From positions 408,212 to 472,211 of the forward strand of contig JAAOMT010000175.1 in the NCBI GenBank assembly GCA_016748015.1: DNA of 64,000 nucleotides, written 5' to 3'. Positions 44,450 through 58,770 of the stretch are shown piece by piece (the stretch's first letter is position 1; every line of letters begins with the position of its first letter). The DNA comes from Geosiphon pyriformis uo1 (taxonomy: Eukaryota > Fungi > Glomeromycota). The notes below the pieces were generated by a model. The model worked only from the letters and a program-made list of their open reading frames with translations. It made no database searches and had not been told where the DNA came from. The position numbers were made by a program, and so were the translations under genes.

Positions 44450-47400
44450 TTTATTTTACTTGATTATAGTTAATTATATGTATTAGTTACTAATATTATT
44501 AATTAGCCATTTTATTTTTAAGATTAGTCATTAATGTAATCATTAACTTAATCTATAACTTAATTATTAACTTAATTATTAATTTGATTATTTATTCTTT
44601 TTTAAGAGTATATAAATAAGATTTTTTAAAGCTTAGAAAGACATTTATACTTAAATTTAAATTTAAATTAATACAATATTAATTATATAAATTTTTTTTG
44701 TTATTTTTTTCTTTTTCTTTTTCTTGATTTGCATAATTATTAATTTTTTGTAAAGTATATTGAATAAAATATTTATTAAAAATATAATTAATATTTAATA
44801 TTAAATTTTAAGAGTGTTAATATAAAACATAAAATTATATTAGTATATTATTTTTTGTTAATAGTATAAACTATTTCTCTATTTTTAGATTTTTATATTA
44901 TTTTTAAAAAAAATAATAATTAAAATATTTATAAAACTGATCTTAAATATTAAATTCTTATTAATTCAATTTGCTTATTAAAGTAAAATTATTTTTTTTA
45001 TTATTTTATTATTTTATTATTATATAATACTGTTTTTTTTTGTTATTTATCAACTTATTATATTTGATTATAATAATATGTATTAATTTATTTATTATAT
45101 ATAATAAAAAGCTAAACCAGATACTAATATAATATTTAAAAAAACAATTAAATATATAAATTAGACTTATATTATTTTAATTTGGTATTTTAATTTTTAT
45201 ATATATTCTAAATTTATTAACAGATTTATAATTAATTTATATATTTATTTAATAAAAACAATTTATAAAAGATTATCTGTTGCTATTATTATAAAATAGG
45301 TTTTTTAATATATTAAATATTAATTTTTCTGTTTTAATTATAATTAGTTTTTATTGAATTTCTTAATTTTATTTTTATAATAATATTAATATTATATTAA
45401 AAAATTTTTTTAATATAATAATATAAATTATTTTTTAATTTCTGATTTTTGTATATATATTTATGTACTTTTTTTCAAAAACTGATCTGAAATCTATATG
45501 CTGTTTTAAAGTCTTTTTTGAAACTATTTTTGCAATTATTTAATGTATTTTTCTAATCTAGAAACACAAAATATTAATAACTTTTGGTGTTTTTTTAATT
45601 TTTACAATAAAATTTTTATTAATTAATAATAATATAAATAATTTTGATTAAAAATTATTTATTTAAAAAATTTAACTAATAAATAATAATTTTATTTAAT
45701 AAATAATACAAGTAAGTTTTTTAATATTTTTAAATATGATAATTTAGTTTTAATATTATTTCTAATTTTTTTTGATTTAAAAGTTTTTTTGGATATTTAT
45801 TTAAAAGTAAAAACTAATAAATATTTAGTGTAAAATATTAACAGTTAACAAAATTAAACTGTTAAATAAATTGTTGTTTTTTTTAATAATAAAGTTATTA
45901 TATATATATATATTTGTAATTTTATAAAAAAAACATATTATAATACTCTTTTTTTGATATTTTAATCTAATATTTGCTGTTATTATCAATTAGTATTTGC
46001 TATTATTATAAACTACTGTTTACTATTATTACAAAACAGTGCTTATTACTATATTAATTATTACTTTTTTAAAATTATTATTGTGCTGTATTATAATTAG
46101 ATATTTTATAATTTTTTTGTTAAATTTTTAAATTATAATACTATTCAAAAATATCTTTAAAATAAATAATACTTTAAAGTTAATTGTTTTTATTGTAAAA
46201 AAACAAAAGTTTTTGGTTATATATTTAATATGTTTAAAGTTTTTGTTTAATAATATTTTATATACTGTTTTCTGTAAAAACTTTGTACTTAAAATTTGGT
46301 TTATTAAAATAATATTTGTTTTTAAAAATATTAAGTTAATAATATTATATTTAGTTATTTTATGTATTAAATAATATTAAAACACAAAGAAAAAGTTTAA
46401 TTATATAGATTTAAATATAAGATTACGATAAAAAAAAGTGATTTGGTTGATAATAACAAATTTGCTTTTTATAATCTTTATAATTTATTAGTTAAGTTGT
46501 TTAATAAGATAGTAAATATATTGAAAATTAATAAAATCTTTGTAACTAGTTTTAGATTATATAGTAAGTATTTAATTTTTTAGATTTAAATAATATTATA
46601 AATATTTATATAAGTACATAATATAGTTTTAATTAATTTAAATAGTTAATTATATATAGTAAATATATAAATTATATTTAATTAATACTTAATTTGTTTA
46701 CATATACTAAATAATAATTAAATTATATTTATAAAAATTTTAATATAACTAATTTTTATTAATTTAAAATAAAAAATAATTGTAAATATTTATTATAAGA
46801 TAAATAACAAATTTCTAGTTTAAAGAATTACAAAAAGCAATATTCAATATAATAATTGAATATTACACTAAAAAAACAACTTTTGAAAAAACTATAAAAA
46901 AAACATAATTATCATATAATAACATAAAAAAATATGATAATATAAAATAATACAGAATAATGTAAAATAACATAAAATAATTTAAAATAATACAAAATAA
47001 TACAAAATAATACATAATAATATAAAATAGCACAAAATAACTAATTATAATATAAAAAAATAAAACAATAATTAAAATACTAAATAATAATTAACAATAA
47101 ACAAAAATTTAAAAATAATTTTATAAAACCAAAAATATGTATAAAAATAAGTAGTTTTAGTAAATAAAAAAGAATAAATTAGATAAAAATCAGCTTAATA
47201 TTTTTATATTACTCTTAGTCTCAAATATTTTTTTTTTCTTTTTTTATTTCAAATTTACTAAATAAAATATTATTGTTTAATTCACAAATCTATAATTTTA
47301 ATACTCTAATTGTAAAGATTTAATTAATTGTTTTTACTTATTTTTGTATCAGACCAGATGCTTTTAACATAAATGCTTTTAAAATTTTAATGACTTGAAT

Positions 47401-49900
47401 TAATTATTCTTAATTACAGTAATTAATAAAATATTGATTTTTTTTTCTATTTTTTTTATTTTATTTTATTTTTTTATTTTTTTTAAGAAGCAGTAATATT
47501 AAAAATCAACTATTTAAAAATAAACTTTATAATAATCTGGTAAAAAAAAAGCTCTTTTTAAGTTTTAATACTAACTTTATCTTATTAGCTTACTAGAAAT
47601 ATAAAAACAATACTAAATCCTAATAATTGTGCTCATTAACTTGAAAGAAAATACAATTATAACAACATAATTAAAAAACAACATTTTTATGTCTTATAAC
47701 AAAAAAACTTTCAAAAACTAATAACTTATAACATTACTAAAGCCAATTTATTTGTTCTTTATATTGTTTTCAGTACTAAATTACGAGCATTAAATGTTAT
47801 AATCATATTCCACCAAGTTTATTTATAATAATGTGAGCACTTGATGTTATTTGAGTAGAAAAATCAATCCAAAACTATTAAAAAAAACGTAATTACTATA
47901 TAATAATATAAAAAATATATAATAATATAAAATAACATAAAATAATATAAAATAATGCAAAATAATACAAAATAACATAAAATAACTTAAGATAATACAA
48001 AATAATACACAATAATATGAAATAATACAAAATAATTAGTAATAACATAAGATAATTAATTATAATACAAAAAAATAAAGCAATAATTAAAATAAAAAAT
48101 AATAATAATTAATAATAACAAGCAATTAAAAACAATCTTATAGAATTAAAAAATATGTATAAAAATAAGTAGTTTTAGCAGATAAAAAAAAACAAAACAT
48201 ACAAAAATTTTAATTTATATTTATATTTTACTCTTAGTCTTAGAAACTTTTTTTTTTTATCTTTTATATTTTAAATTTATTAAATAAAATATTATTGTTT
48301 AAATTCACAAGTCTAAATTTTAAATGCTTTAAATATTAAATTTTGATTAATTGTTTTACTTACTTTTGTTTTAAACCAGATACAATTAGCATAAATTTTT
48401 TTAGAATCTTAATAACTAAAACCAATTACTTTTAATTATAATAATTAATAAAATACTAATTTTTTTGTTTTTTTTCTCTTTTTTTTTATTTTATTTATTT
48501 TTATTTTTATTTTTATTTTTTTGTTTTGTAAAGTAACTATATTAAAAATCAATTGTTTAGAAATAGACTTTGTAATAGCCTGGTAAAAAAAAGAAGTTCC
48601 TCTTAAATTTAGATATTAATTTTATTTTATTAATTTATTAAAAAAGTAAAAAAACAATACTAAATTCTAATAATTGTGCTTACTAAATCAAAAAACAATA
48701 TAATAATAACAATATAATTAAAAAAACAACATCTCTGTGTTTTATAACAAAAGAATTCAATAAATAGAACTTTAAACAAAAAAATCTTCAAAAACTAATA
48801 AATAACTTTATTACTAAAACCAATTTATTTAAATTCAACTTGTTTCTAATATCAAATTACAAACATCAAATATTACAAATATATTTTACCAAGTCTATTT
48901 ATAATATTTGGTGTTTTTTGTAAAGTTATAAAATTTATAAAAACAGAACATTCAAAAAATTCACAAAAGTAATAATTATTAAAACAGTTAAAAAAATTAT
49001 TTGCTTTTTAGAAAAACATTATATTAACACTTTTGAAAAAATCTAAAAATTTTAAAAAAACATTTATAATTAAAAGTAATTTTTTTACTATGTATATATT
49101 ATTACAGATAAGATATTTTAGACTTTGTTTTTAATAATTAAAATCTAAAATTTGGTATTAATTAATTAATAATAATAAAATTCTAAAATTTTTCATAATC
49201 TAAAAGTTTTAATTTTAATTTTTTTATATAATAGACAGAAATTTAATTTGTATTGTATTTTTGAATTTTTTTTTAGTGTAAAGACTAGTTTAATTTGGCA
49301 ATTATGTTCTTTAAATAAGTTATCTTTAAGTTTTTATCTTTATTTTACGAGTTTTTTATTAAACTATTTTTGACATCAATAATTTTAGTGCTTAATTTTT
49401 TAATTAATTAGTATATATTAAATATAACCAATAATAAAAAATAAATAAAACCAATAAAAAAAAAGAAAAAACTAGTATTTTGTTAATAATTGTAATTAAA
49501 AGTTATTGTTTCTATGTAATTAAGTATTAAAGTTTATTAACATAAATACTAATAAGTAAGAATAATAAATATTTAATCAAACAACTATAATAGCATATAT
49601 AATAAAGTATATAATATATTTATTAAAATAAATATAATTCTATTTTAAGTTATAAAAAACTAATTTTTAAAATAAAACAATAAATAGAATATAAATTAAA
49701 AATTCTTGTTTTTAACTACTTGTTTTTTTTTCTTTCTTAATATTATTACTATATATACATATTTTTATTGTATAAAATTTTTTGAAATTTTTTTATTTTT
49801 TCTATAAATATTCTAAAATTCTGAAATCTTATGATTTTTATTAAGTGAATTTCTGAAATTTTGAAAATTTTTGTTAAAAGAATTCTGGAATTTTTTTTTC
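44450..49900. mobile_element. Extremely AT-rich, heavily decayed transposon-derived DNA (family not resolvable by eye)
   Basis: Near-total loss of G/C, no ORFs, internal duplications, continuous with recognisable decayed TEs downstream. Confidence 0.6.
46905..48910. repeat. Two ~1.0-1.1-kb diverged tandem units, each headed by a 10-bp minisatellite (ACAAAATAAT-like)
   Basis: Shared anchors at 47134/48152, 47537/48580, 47621/48668, 47812/48888; minisatellites at ~46910-47040 and ~47900-48055. Confidence 0.85.
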
Positions 49901-52407
49901 TATACTTTCTTTTTATTAGTTATTTTATTATTATTTTTTTTAATTTCTATGAATAATAATGCTAAAATTAATCATTATTTAAGCAAAACAACTAATACTA
50001 AAAAACTCAAAAAACAAATTTATTAAAACTTATTATTATATTTAATCTTAACTACCAAAAAAACAATAGCAAAAATTTTTTTTATTAACAAAAAATTTGA
50101 AATATATATGCAAAGCTATTATTTATAATTTAAAAAAAACCACAATATTTAACAACAGTTCAAACAAAAAAAACTACAACTTACTATTAGTAAAAAGTCA
50201 AACTTTTTATTATTAATAATACTGTTATATTATTAAACTTTAAAAAATAAAAACTCTTAAAAATTTTTACTCTTAGGACTCCAACAAAAATTTTTGAATT
50301 AAATTATTATTTTAACTTATTACAGCAATCAACAAAAAGAAATAAGTAGTAATAAAACAATTAAACATATTACTGTTAATCTTTTTTTTGTTAACCAATA
50401 AACAACCTTTTATTATTTCTGTCATAATTTACAAAAATATTGTTAGATTAGAAAAATTTTCAGGTAAAAAAAAACATTTATACTTAAATTGCTAAGACTA
50501 AAAAACAATTATAATAAACAATTAAGATAATATTAGAATGATTTAAATACTATCTTTTTTTTAATAAAAACTGCCAACTTCTAATATCAAAGTTTCGCAA
50601 AAAAACCAACTGATTTTGCTGTTTTTAAACTCGTTTTTTTACAATATTTTTATAATCTAAACACTTTTATTAGACTATAAAATTAATTCAGTATAATAAA
50701 ACAAAAAGATTATAAAACTATAATTGCTTATTTTAGATAATTCAATTAGACTCTTTATCAAATTCAAGTTATCAAATAAAACAACTATATCTTTGGCCAA
50801 ATTTTAAATCAATTCATAAAAAATTCAAAAGCAGTATTTTTTGGTCTGTTAGATTTTACTATTTTAGAAGTTTATAAAATACAGTAATACTTGTCTGTAA
50901 TTTCGAATCTACTAAACAAAAAGCCAACTATATCCAAACTATTAACTTAATCATAAGTAAAATTTCTAATATTGATACAAAATTTATTTAATTAAATGAA
51001 AATTTATTTTAAAAAATTAAAGAATATTTTACAAAAAATTCAAAAATATACCAGTTTTACAACATTAAAAAAATAATAATATTAATAATAATAATAACAA
51101 CTTTAAAAACAAGATTTTAACAATTGCTATTATTATCAAAAATCTGGTTATATTGTAAAAAATTGTTATAAAAAAATATTGAATCAGAATTATAAAAACC
51201 AATATTAACAATTAAAATATTTACAACCAATAAGATATTAATATTTTTTACTTTAATATCAACAACTACAATATTTATTTCAAACACTACAGAATTATTA
51301 TTAATATTCTTAAATAATAGTACAATCTTAATTTTAGTACCAAGTTTTACAATATAATAATTCAAGAACTTAAGTTATTAACTATAATTAAAAATAGCAA
51401 AACAATAATAAAAATTAAACTCAATCTACTATAGTATTATTTTAAAATATAAATTATAATAATTTGTTACTTTAAGCATTATTAACAGGCTATTTAAACC
51501 AAGCTTTATATTTTAATTTTATTAAAACTTAGGATTTTAGTAATCTTGTATCTTTAGAAAAAAAAATTACAGTTAAAATCACTAATTTTTTCTTCTTTAC
51601 CAATAATTAAACCACTTTTAATATGATTTTTTTAGTTATAATTACTAAAAATTAAATTTTTACAGTTATATTTTTATTTAATATTAATAATTTAAATATT
51701 TATAATCTCTTTAATAAAGCTGTTATTAATTTGAACAAACTATTATAATAATATACATTAATATTTAAATAGAACAAATAAATATTAAATTAATATTCAA
51801 CAGTGAATTAATTAACAGTATTATTATAAAACAACTTATAGCCCAATTAAATTACTGAATTAATTATGTTATTACTGTTAAAATAATTATTGTTAATAAA
51901 AATATTAAGACTTTAATAGAAAAAATTAACAATTTCTCTTTTAAAATAAATAAAATTATAATCTCTACCAAAATTTTGATAATAAAAGCAATTCAATACT
52001 AAGCTTTAATTAGTAATTATTAGTTAACTAAAGTTTATGCTATTTTTAATTAGAATATTCAAAAGCTTTAAATTTATTTGATAGTTAATATATTCAAATA
52101 TTTGCTAATTATAAACATTTTAAGACAATCATTTTAAAACAGTCTTTAATCAAATTTGAAAAATTTGTAATACAACTTATTTTGAAAATTTATTAAATTT
52201 TTTGAACTAACAATTTCTAAACAAAGTTATTATTACTACTTACTTAAGAAAAAAAAAAGGAAGAACTAAAAAAAAACTACAGCTTTAATTTTTGTTTATA
52301 TTTTATAGAATCAATACAATTAATCTTACTGTTTACCAAAATTGATTTGCATAAATTGTAAAAAAAATTATTATTAATAAATACATATATAAAAGATTAT
52401 AAAATAT

Positions 52408-55400
52408 ATATTATTATTAAAATTTCAATTAAACCAAACTAAACCAAACTTTGAATGTTGTTCAAATTCAGTTTAAATTACAAACCAAACTTAAATTAAA
52501 CTAAATTTTCAAAGTAAATTTGGTTCAAGTTTGGTATTGAATCTTTTTAATAAGTCTAAATTCAGTTCAAGTCTAATTCAAAATTTACAAATTTGTTTAA
52601 ATTCAATAGAATTAAAAAAAAACATAACTTATATTACTTGTTCATTAATTATTATTTTATTTAATTAGTATAATTAATTAAAAAAATATATAAAACTATA
52701 TATGTATAACAACTTTACTTTCCAACTTACTAAAATAAATTTATTGTTAGTATCATTTAATATTACTAAAGATTTAAAATTTAAAATAACAAAATTTAAT
52801 AATCTAAATAGTTTAAATATTAATATATTTGATAAATATAGTTTTTAGAGTAAAATATAGAACTATTTTAATAAGTTTGAATAAACAAAAAAAAACAGCT
52901 AAATATACAGTCTCAAAATATGTACATAAATTATTTTTTTATAGAATTATAAATACTACCAAACTTTTATGATACTATTTAAAGACTTTTTATTAAACAG
53001 TATATGTTACAACAAAAAAATATCATAAAAAAAAACAAAATGTCCAAAAAAATTATAAGTCAATTAAAAAAATGTTTTAACAAGTAAGATTACTATTTTT
53101 TTTATGATTTTTGACCAATTTAATTAGAAAATGCTTTAGTTTTCTATAATAACTGTTATAAATATTAATAATAAAAAACTTTGTGACATAATTATTATTT
53201 GGTTTATTAATTATTAACAACCATTTTTTACAATAAAAAAACCTGAATTAATTAAAATATTTCAATATTTGAATCTTATTTTTTAACTTATTTGTACTGA
53301 TAAAAATAGAATCATAAAACTCTATATCTTAAATAGACAAAAATTAAAAATAAACACTATTTTTATTATGAAATATTTCTTTTTTTTATCTATACTTATA
53401 ATATAATAGGCATACTTAAGTACTATTAAGTTCAAAATTTTTTTTACATCAGATTTTTGAACATTTTTTAATAACAAAGTTTTTGTTTTTATTACTACTT
53501 ATTATATTAATAACAATTGAAACTTTTAACAAACAATAATTAATTTTGGATTAATAAGTAAATAATATGATAAAATAAATATTGTGAATAAATTTTTTAA
53601 AGTATTAAAAAATTATAGAATTACATCAAAAGTATATATATATATTCTTATATAAAGTTGAATTAGTCAATGATTAATAATAAGATTAACATACTATGTA
53701 ACATATTAGTATTATTTAAAACTCAAAATTACTATAATGCTTATATTATTAAAAATCACATTTTTTTAATGTTAATTTAAATTAATTTTTATCATTGTTT
53801 CAAAGCTGAATTTTTGGTATTAATATTATTTGAGATTTAGAGTTACTATAATGCTTATATTATTAAAAACCATATTTTTTTAATACTAGCTTAAGTGGTT
53901 TTTATTATTGCTTTGAGCCAAATTTTCAGCCAAAAAAGTTAAGAAAGAAGTTTTAAAAAGAGTTACTTATTTTTTTTTATATAAGTTTATCATTAATTTT
54001 ATTAATTATAATTTAATTTTTTTTAATAGCTTTTTGCTATTACTCTCAATAATTTTGTAAATAATAGTATTTTTTTAAAAAGGTAATAAGAAAATTAGAA
54101 GAAGAAAACATTTAATAGAACTTGGAGAATCTTTGATTTTAATGTTTTGATCATATTTTAAAGTTAGTAGTATAGGCAGTTTTCAAGATATTTGTTAAAA
54201 ACTTAAAATTAATATATTTACTTGAAATTTTCTTAATATAAACTTTATATAAATTAAAAATTAAGGAACTTAACTCTGCAATTTATATCTTGTCTTAATA
54301 TTTTTAGCTTTTTGAATATATCTGTAATATATGTCAAATTAAATACCATAAACTTATTTTGAATTGTTTTACCCAGTCGAATTTTATTTATAATATGATC
54401 AGAAATAAGTTATCTCTTAAATTAACAAATTATTTATTTTTGATTTCATATATTTTGAATACAAAAATTCTAATTATAAATTTATATACATTAAATACTT
54501 TTACTGGCACTTATATTAACTTTTATTAATATGTTATTTTACATATTAATGGACTTTCTTTGATAAAATTGTTAAATTTTTTAAACTATTTAAAAATATT
54601 ATGAACAAAATATTAGCCAGTTTAAATAATACTGCCTTCTTGATTATTTTCTTTTTTAATATTATTTTTAATTATATTGAAGACATGGTTAATAATAATA
54701 AATCTGATAAAGCATTATAATTTTAATTGTATTTATTTAGTTATTTATTTAATATATTTAATATTAGATCTATTACTTGTTATAATAGCTAAAACAGCAA
54801 AAAAAAAGTTGGTTAAATATTACTCTAAAACAAATACAACTATAATACTTTGTACTGTATTAGATTCAAAGAAAAAATTTCATTATTTTACAAAGAAGAA
54901 ATTTTTGGATGATAATATTAATAAAACAAAAGAATTATAAGTTATTAATTTATTCAAATAGTTTTATTTTTCAACTTTCACATAATAAATAAATCTTTAG
55001 AATGTATACTCTTTTTAAAACAGAATACATACTGAATATTATATTAACATCAAATGTCAGTTTTTTGTTGAATGACAATTTTAATAATACTATAGTATTA
55101 ATTATATAATTTATATTAAAAGCAGACTTTAATAATAATGAGGAAAAAAAAACTTAACAAAATTAATTGTTATATTTCTGAAAAAATAGCCAATAAGAAA
55201 ATAGATATAATAATATGATAAAAGATATATCACAAAAAATATTTATGTAAATTAATATTTTATTAATAATTTAATATTTAAGTATATCAAACACAATTTT
55301 ATTATCTTGTATATATGGCTTGTAATTATTTGACAATTCAAAAATTATCTGTTGTTTCTAAATACGTTTTTTTTGCAAATAAAAATATAATTATAGATAT

Positions 55401-55716
55401 AAGATCTTACTTAGTACTTAAAATTATAAGAGCAGCACAGTGTTTTTGATCATAAATACAAGAACTATTAAAAAAAAATTAAATAATAATATAGTATAAT
55501 ATAATATTTTTAATAATCAAACTTAAACATATTTATGAACTTTAAATTGAACTTAAACCAGATTTGTTGTATATGTTCAGATTTGGTTTAAGTTCAGTAA
55601 TTTTAAGTTTGGTTTAAGTTTGAATTTAAAATTTTGCCAAATTTTTTGTTTAAATTTGGTTTAGTTTAGTAGTTTAATTAAACTTAAACTAAACCAAACT
55701 AAATATTAAAACTTTA
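52408..55716 (+). mobile_element. Decayed hAT (Ac/Tam3-like) DNA transposon inserted in the Gypsy element
   Basis: AKKKLVKYYSK..CTVLDSKKK (54677 ORF, from the LDPR.K motif); dimerisation-domain relic MACNYLTIQKLSVVSKYVF..IIRAAQC (~55315-55445); arrays of AAACCAAACT/AGTTTGGTTT at both ends; imperfect terminal repeats TAAAATTTCAAT / ATTAAAACTTTA. No clear TSD. Confidence 0.75.
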
Positions 55717-56658
55717 CTTTATATATCTGTCAAAGTTTACAAGTACTTCAAAATTTTCATTTACAATTCTATAAAGAATTTTTATTGATTATATAACTAC
55801 AAATATTTAAGATTCTAAAAAATCTTAAACTATCTTTGACTTTGCACAATTATTTTTACTTCTTAAATATAAAACATGCTAAAAAAAAGGTATTTGTTTA
55901 TTCTAAAAAAAATTGACAAACTTAATCTTAAAAATCTAAATATCTATTAGCAAATGTAGTATAAAATTCTATTAAATTAATATGCCAATATTTTTGTCGG
56001 CAAAAATAAATTCAAATATATAGATATTATAAAGCATAAAATTAGCACTAAAAATACTAGGCCAATTAAACAACAAATCTATAGAATTATTCTAAATGAA
56101 AACAATTTAATCAAACAGAAAGTACAATAAATATTAAACAATAGTTTGATAAAAAAATTATTAAGCCCATAATCTTTATTAGTTATTTTAATTACCAAAA
56201 AAAATGAAAAAATTCGTTTTTGTATGAATTATTAAAAACACAATAATATTATCTAAAAAAATAGTTAATTTATTCTTCTTATTTAAAAGATTTTAGATAA
56301 TTTAGGAACAAAAATGAGTTTTTATTATTGAATTTAGCCAGTAGATATTAACAAATCAAAATAAACTCAATTAACAAAAAAAACTGTTTTTATTATTCAA
56401 AATAAAAATTTAGATCTTAATAATATGTTTTTTGAACTTTATAATGTTTCAGCCATTTTTTAATGCTTAATAAATATTGTGTATAAAAAAATCTTGTAAA
56501 AATTGGTTATTATTTATTTAAATAATACTAACATATTTTTAAAAATATTTAATAAACATCTATTGTATTTTTAACAAGTTTTTGACTACTTATAAAGTAC
56601 TAGATTAAAACTTAATAAAAACTTTTTTAGAAAAATTGAGCTTAAGTTTTTTGAACAT

Positions 56659-58770
56659 TTTTTTATTATTATTATTCAGTTTAATAAGTGCAGTCTAATC
56701 ACTACTTAGTATACAAAATCAAAACTATGAACTCTAGCTAGATGTAATTCATGTATTTACTACATGTAACTAGTTACTTGGACTAATCTAGACAACATTA
56801 TGCACTTATATAAACAAATACCATATTAACCGAACTGGAAAAAAACAAACAAGACTTATGAAAACCAAAACTCACTCCAAAAGAATTATCAATACCAATT
56901 AACTTAACTATGCTATTCAACAAACTTCACACTGAGCTACAATGTATTACTGGTAACACCTTCAAGTTACCAACCAAGTTGTCTTTTTCCATGTTAGCTC
57001 TAAATCTGAATCTAAACTCCTACAACTCAGAATAGTAATGCACACCCATGTTTTGCACAAAGTTAATCAGGACCCAAGCAGCCTCTTTGCAATCTTCAAA
57101 TATCTGCATAGCTTTTTCAAACTACTCTATGAACACAAAGCTCTTACAGAGAAAAGCATATAGGCTGACATCAAACACACATGAGAGAAGAGATTCTAAG
57201 ACCACAGAAAGAGTCAGACAATGAGAACCAACCAAAGATCTCCAAACTGACACACATTCAAAAAAAATCTTTTTATGAGAAATGAATTCTTTGCTATATG
57301 TAAACACATGATCAGAGAATTCAACTTCTTTACAGTGCAAACACAAAACACTAGAGTAGTTCTTATTATAAAGTTTTTTTTTAACTGTAACAAGCAGTCT
57401 GCTATACACAGCTTTTATAAAATAAGAGCACAAACCAGCCAAATTTTTACTCATAGAACCCAACAGCATACCTGAATCTGGATGCCAAATGGCCATGGTT
57501 CTAACCCAATCAATATCACAAACTGAAAAACCACCCAGAATCTTAGAACCAGAACCAACTTTTCAGCACATGTGATTCACAGATCTAAAAATGTTCCAGA
57601 CAAAGTGCCGAATATTACCAAAAATTGGCATGCCATTGGCCATTAAAAAGCATTCATGTATATTGATCAGCAGCAGTAAAGAGAAATGAGCAGAAGTGCA
57701 TGCCAATGCATCTGCACAAATATTATCTAGCACATCAAAGTGTTCTTTGACTTTTAACCAGCTTACAGAAATGTCTTTTTGAATAATCAAATTTACAATA
57801 TGTCTCTTTTTCATCCAACAACTATTACAAAAATCAGAGCCACCAGATTTCAATTCTAAAACACACACATCTAAAGCAGCTTGGCTGTCCAAACACACTT
57901 TCACTGAACAAAAAGAAGATACACATTCTAGTACCAAGGCAACAGTCTGCAACTCAGCCATCATAGAAGACAAAAGACCCACTACTTTAACCCCAATGCC
58001 CAATTCAATCTCAAAAAAGAATGCCACAGCACCACCAGCCACATTAACAAAACCAACTTCCTTCAAAAAACTGTTTGTAAAAACAGAAATAGAACCAAAC
58101 CAGACCTCAAGCAGATCATTCTTAACATCAGAAAATTGATCTAAAAGCAAAACATTATTGACATCTACCAAAAAGTTGTAACTGGATGGTGTTGACAAAA
58201 AAACCTTATTATGCAAGAATTTTGATACTAAGATAAACCAAAAAAGCACAGGTCTCTTGGGATTCAGTCTTTTTCAACACCAGAATGTTTGCCAATCTAA
58301 GACTTTACCATGTTTGTTTAAAAGTCTATCATAAAAGCTATACCAAATCTCTTTAAAAAACTAACCTGATTATAGTACAAAAAAGACCCTAAAACACTAG
58401 AAACAGAATACTTGTCAAGACTAAGAAAAGCACAAAGCAAATTATTCACCATAGAAATATTATTGTTTAAAAAAATATGCACTATTCCAGCCAGAAAATT
58501 GTTGGAAAGACCAATATACAGCCTTACAGGATACTACAAAAGATTAAGAAAGGCCCAACCCAAAACCTGCAAATCCAGGAAATAGTGCTCAAAAAGCCGA
58601 CCAACAACCTCAGAAGAATTAGAAAAACTCATAACAGAAACAGACTTCTCTTCAGCTTAAACTTGTTCAAACATCTTTAAACTATAGAGTAAAGGATGAT
58701 AAAGCACCTCACTTGGGAAATCTTGAGACAAACCAGCTTTTGATTTGAAGCCTTTTCTAACCAGAGCAAT
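56659..58770 (-). mobile_element. 5'-truncated non-LTR retrotransposon (LINE with RNase H and C-terminal Cys/His knuckle), with A-rich tail and 12-bp TSD
   Basis: RNase H relics SVFTNSFL, AELQTVALVLECV, LDSQAAL, WLKVKEH..DNICADALA; CLHCKEVEFSDHVF; tail AATAATAAATAATAAAAAAA on the minus strand at ~56659-56676; flanks TTTTTTGAACAT (56647-56658) and TTTTTTAAACAT (58771-58782). Confidence 0.85.

Noticed and set aside
46905-48060. 10-bp repeat arrays as CRISPR or telomeric repeats
   Set aside because: No unique spacers, no cas genes, eukaryotic context, degenerate units and internal position.
44450-56650. AT-rich block as a mitochondrial insertion or Mollicutes-related endosymbiont DNA
   Set aside because: No organellar or bacterial genes are visible, and the legible relics are Gypsy and hAT proteins.
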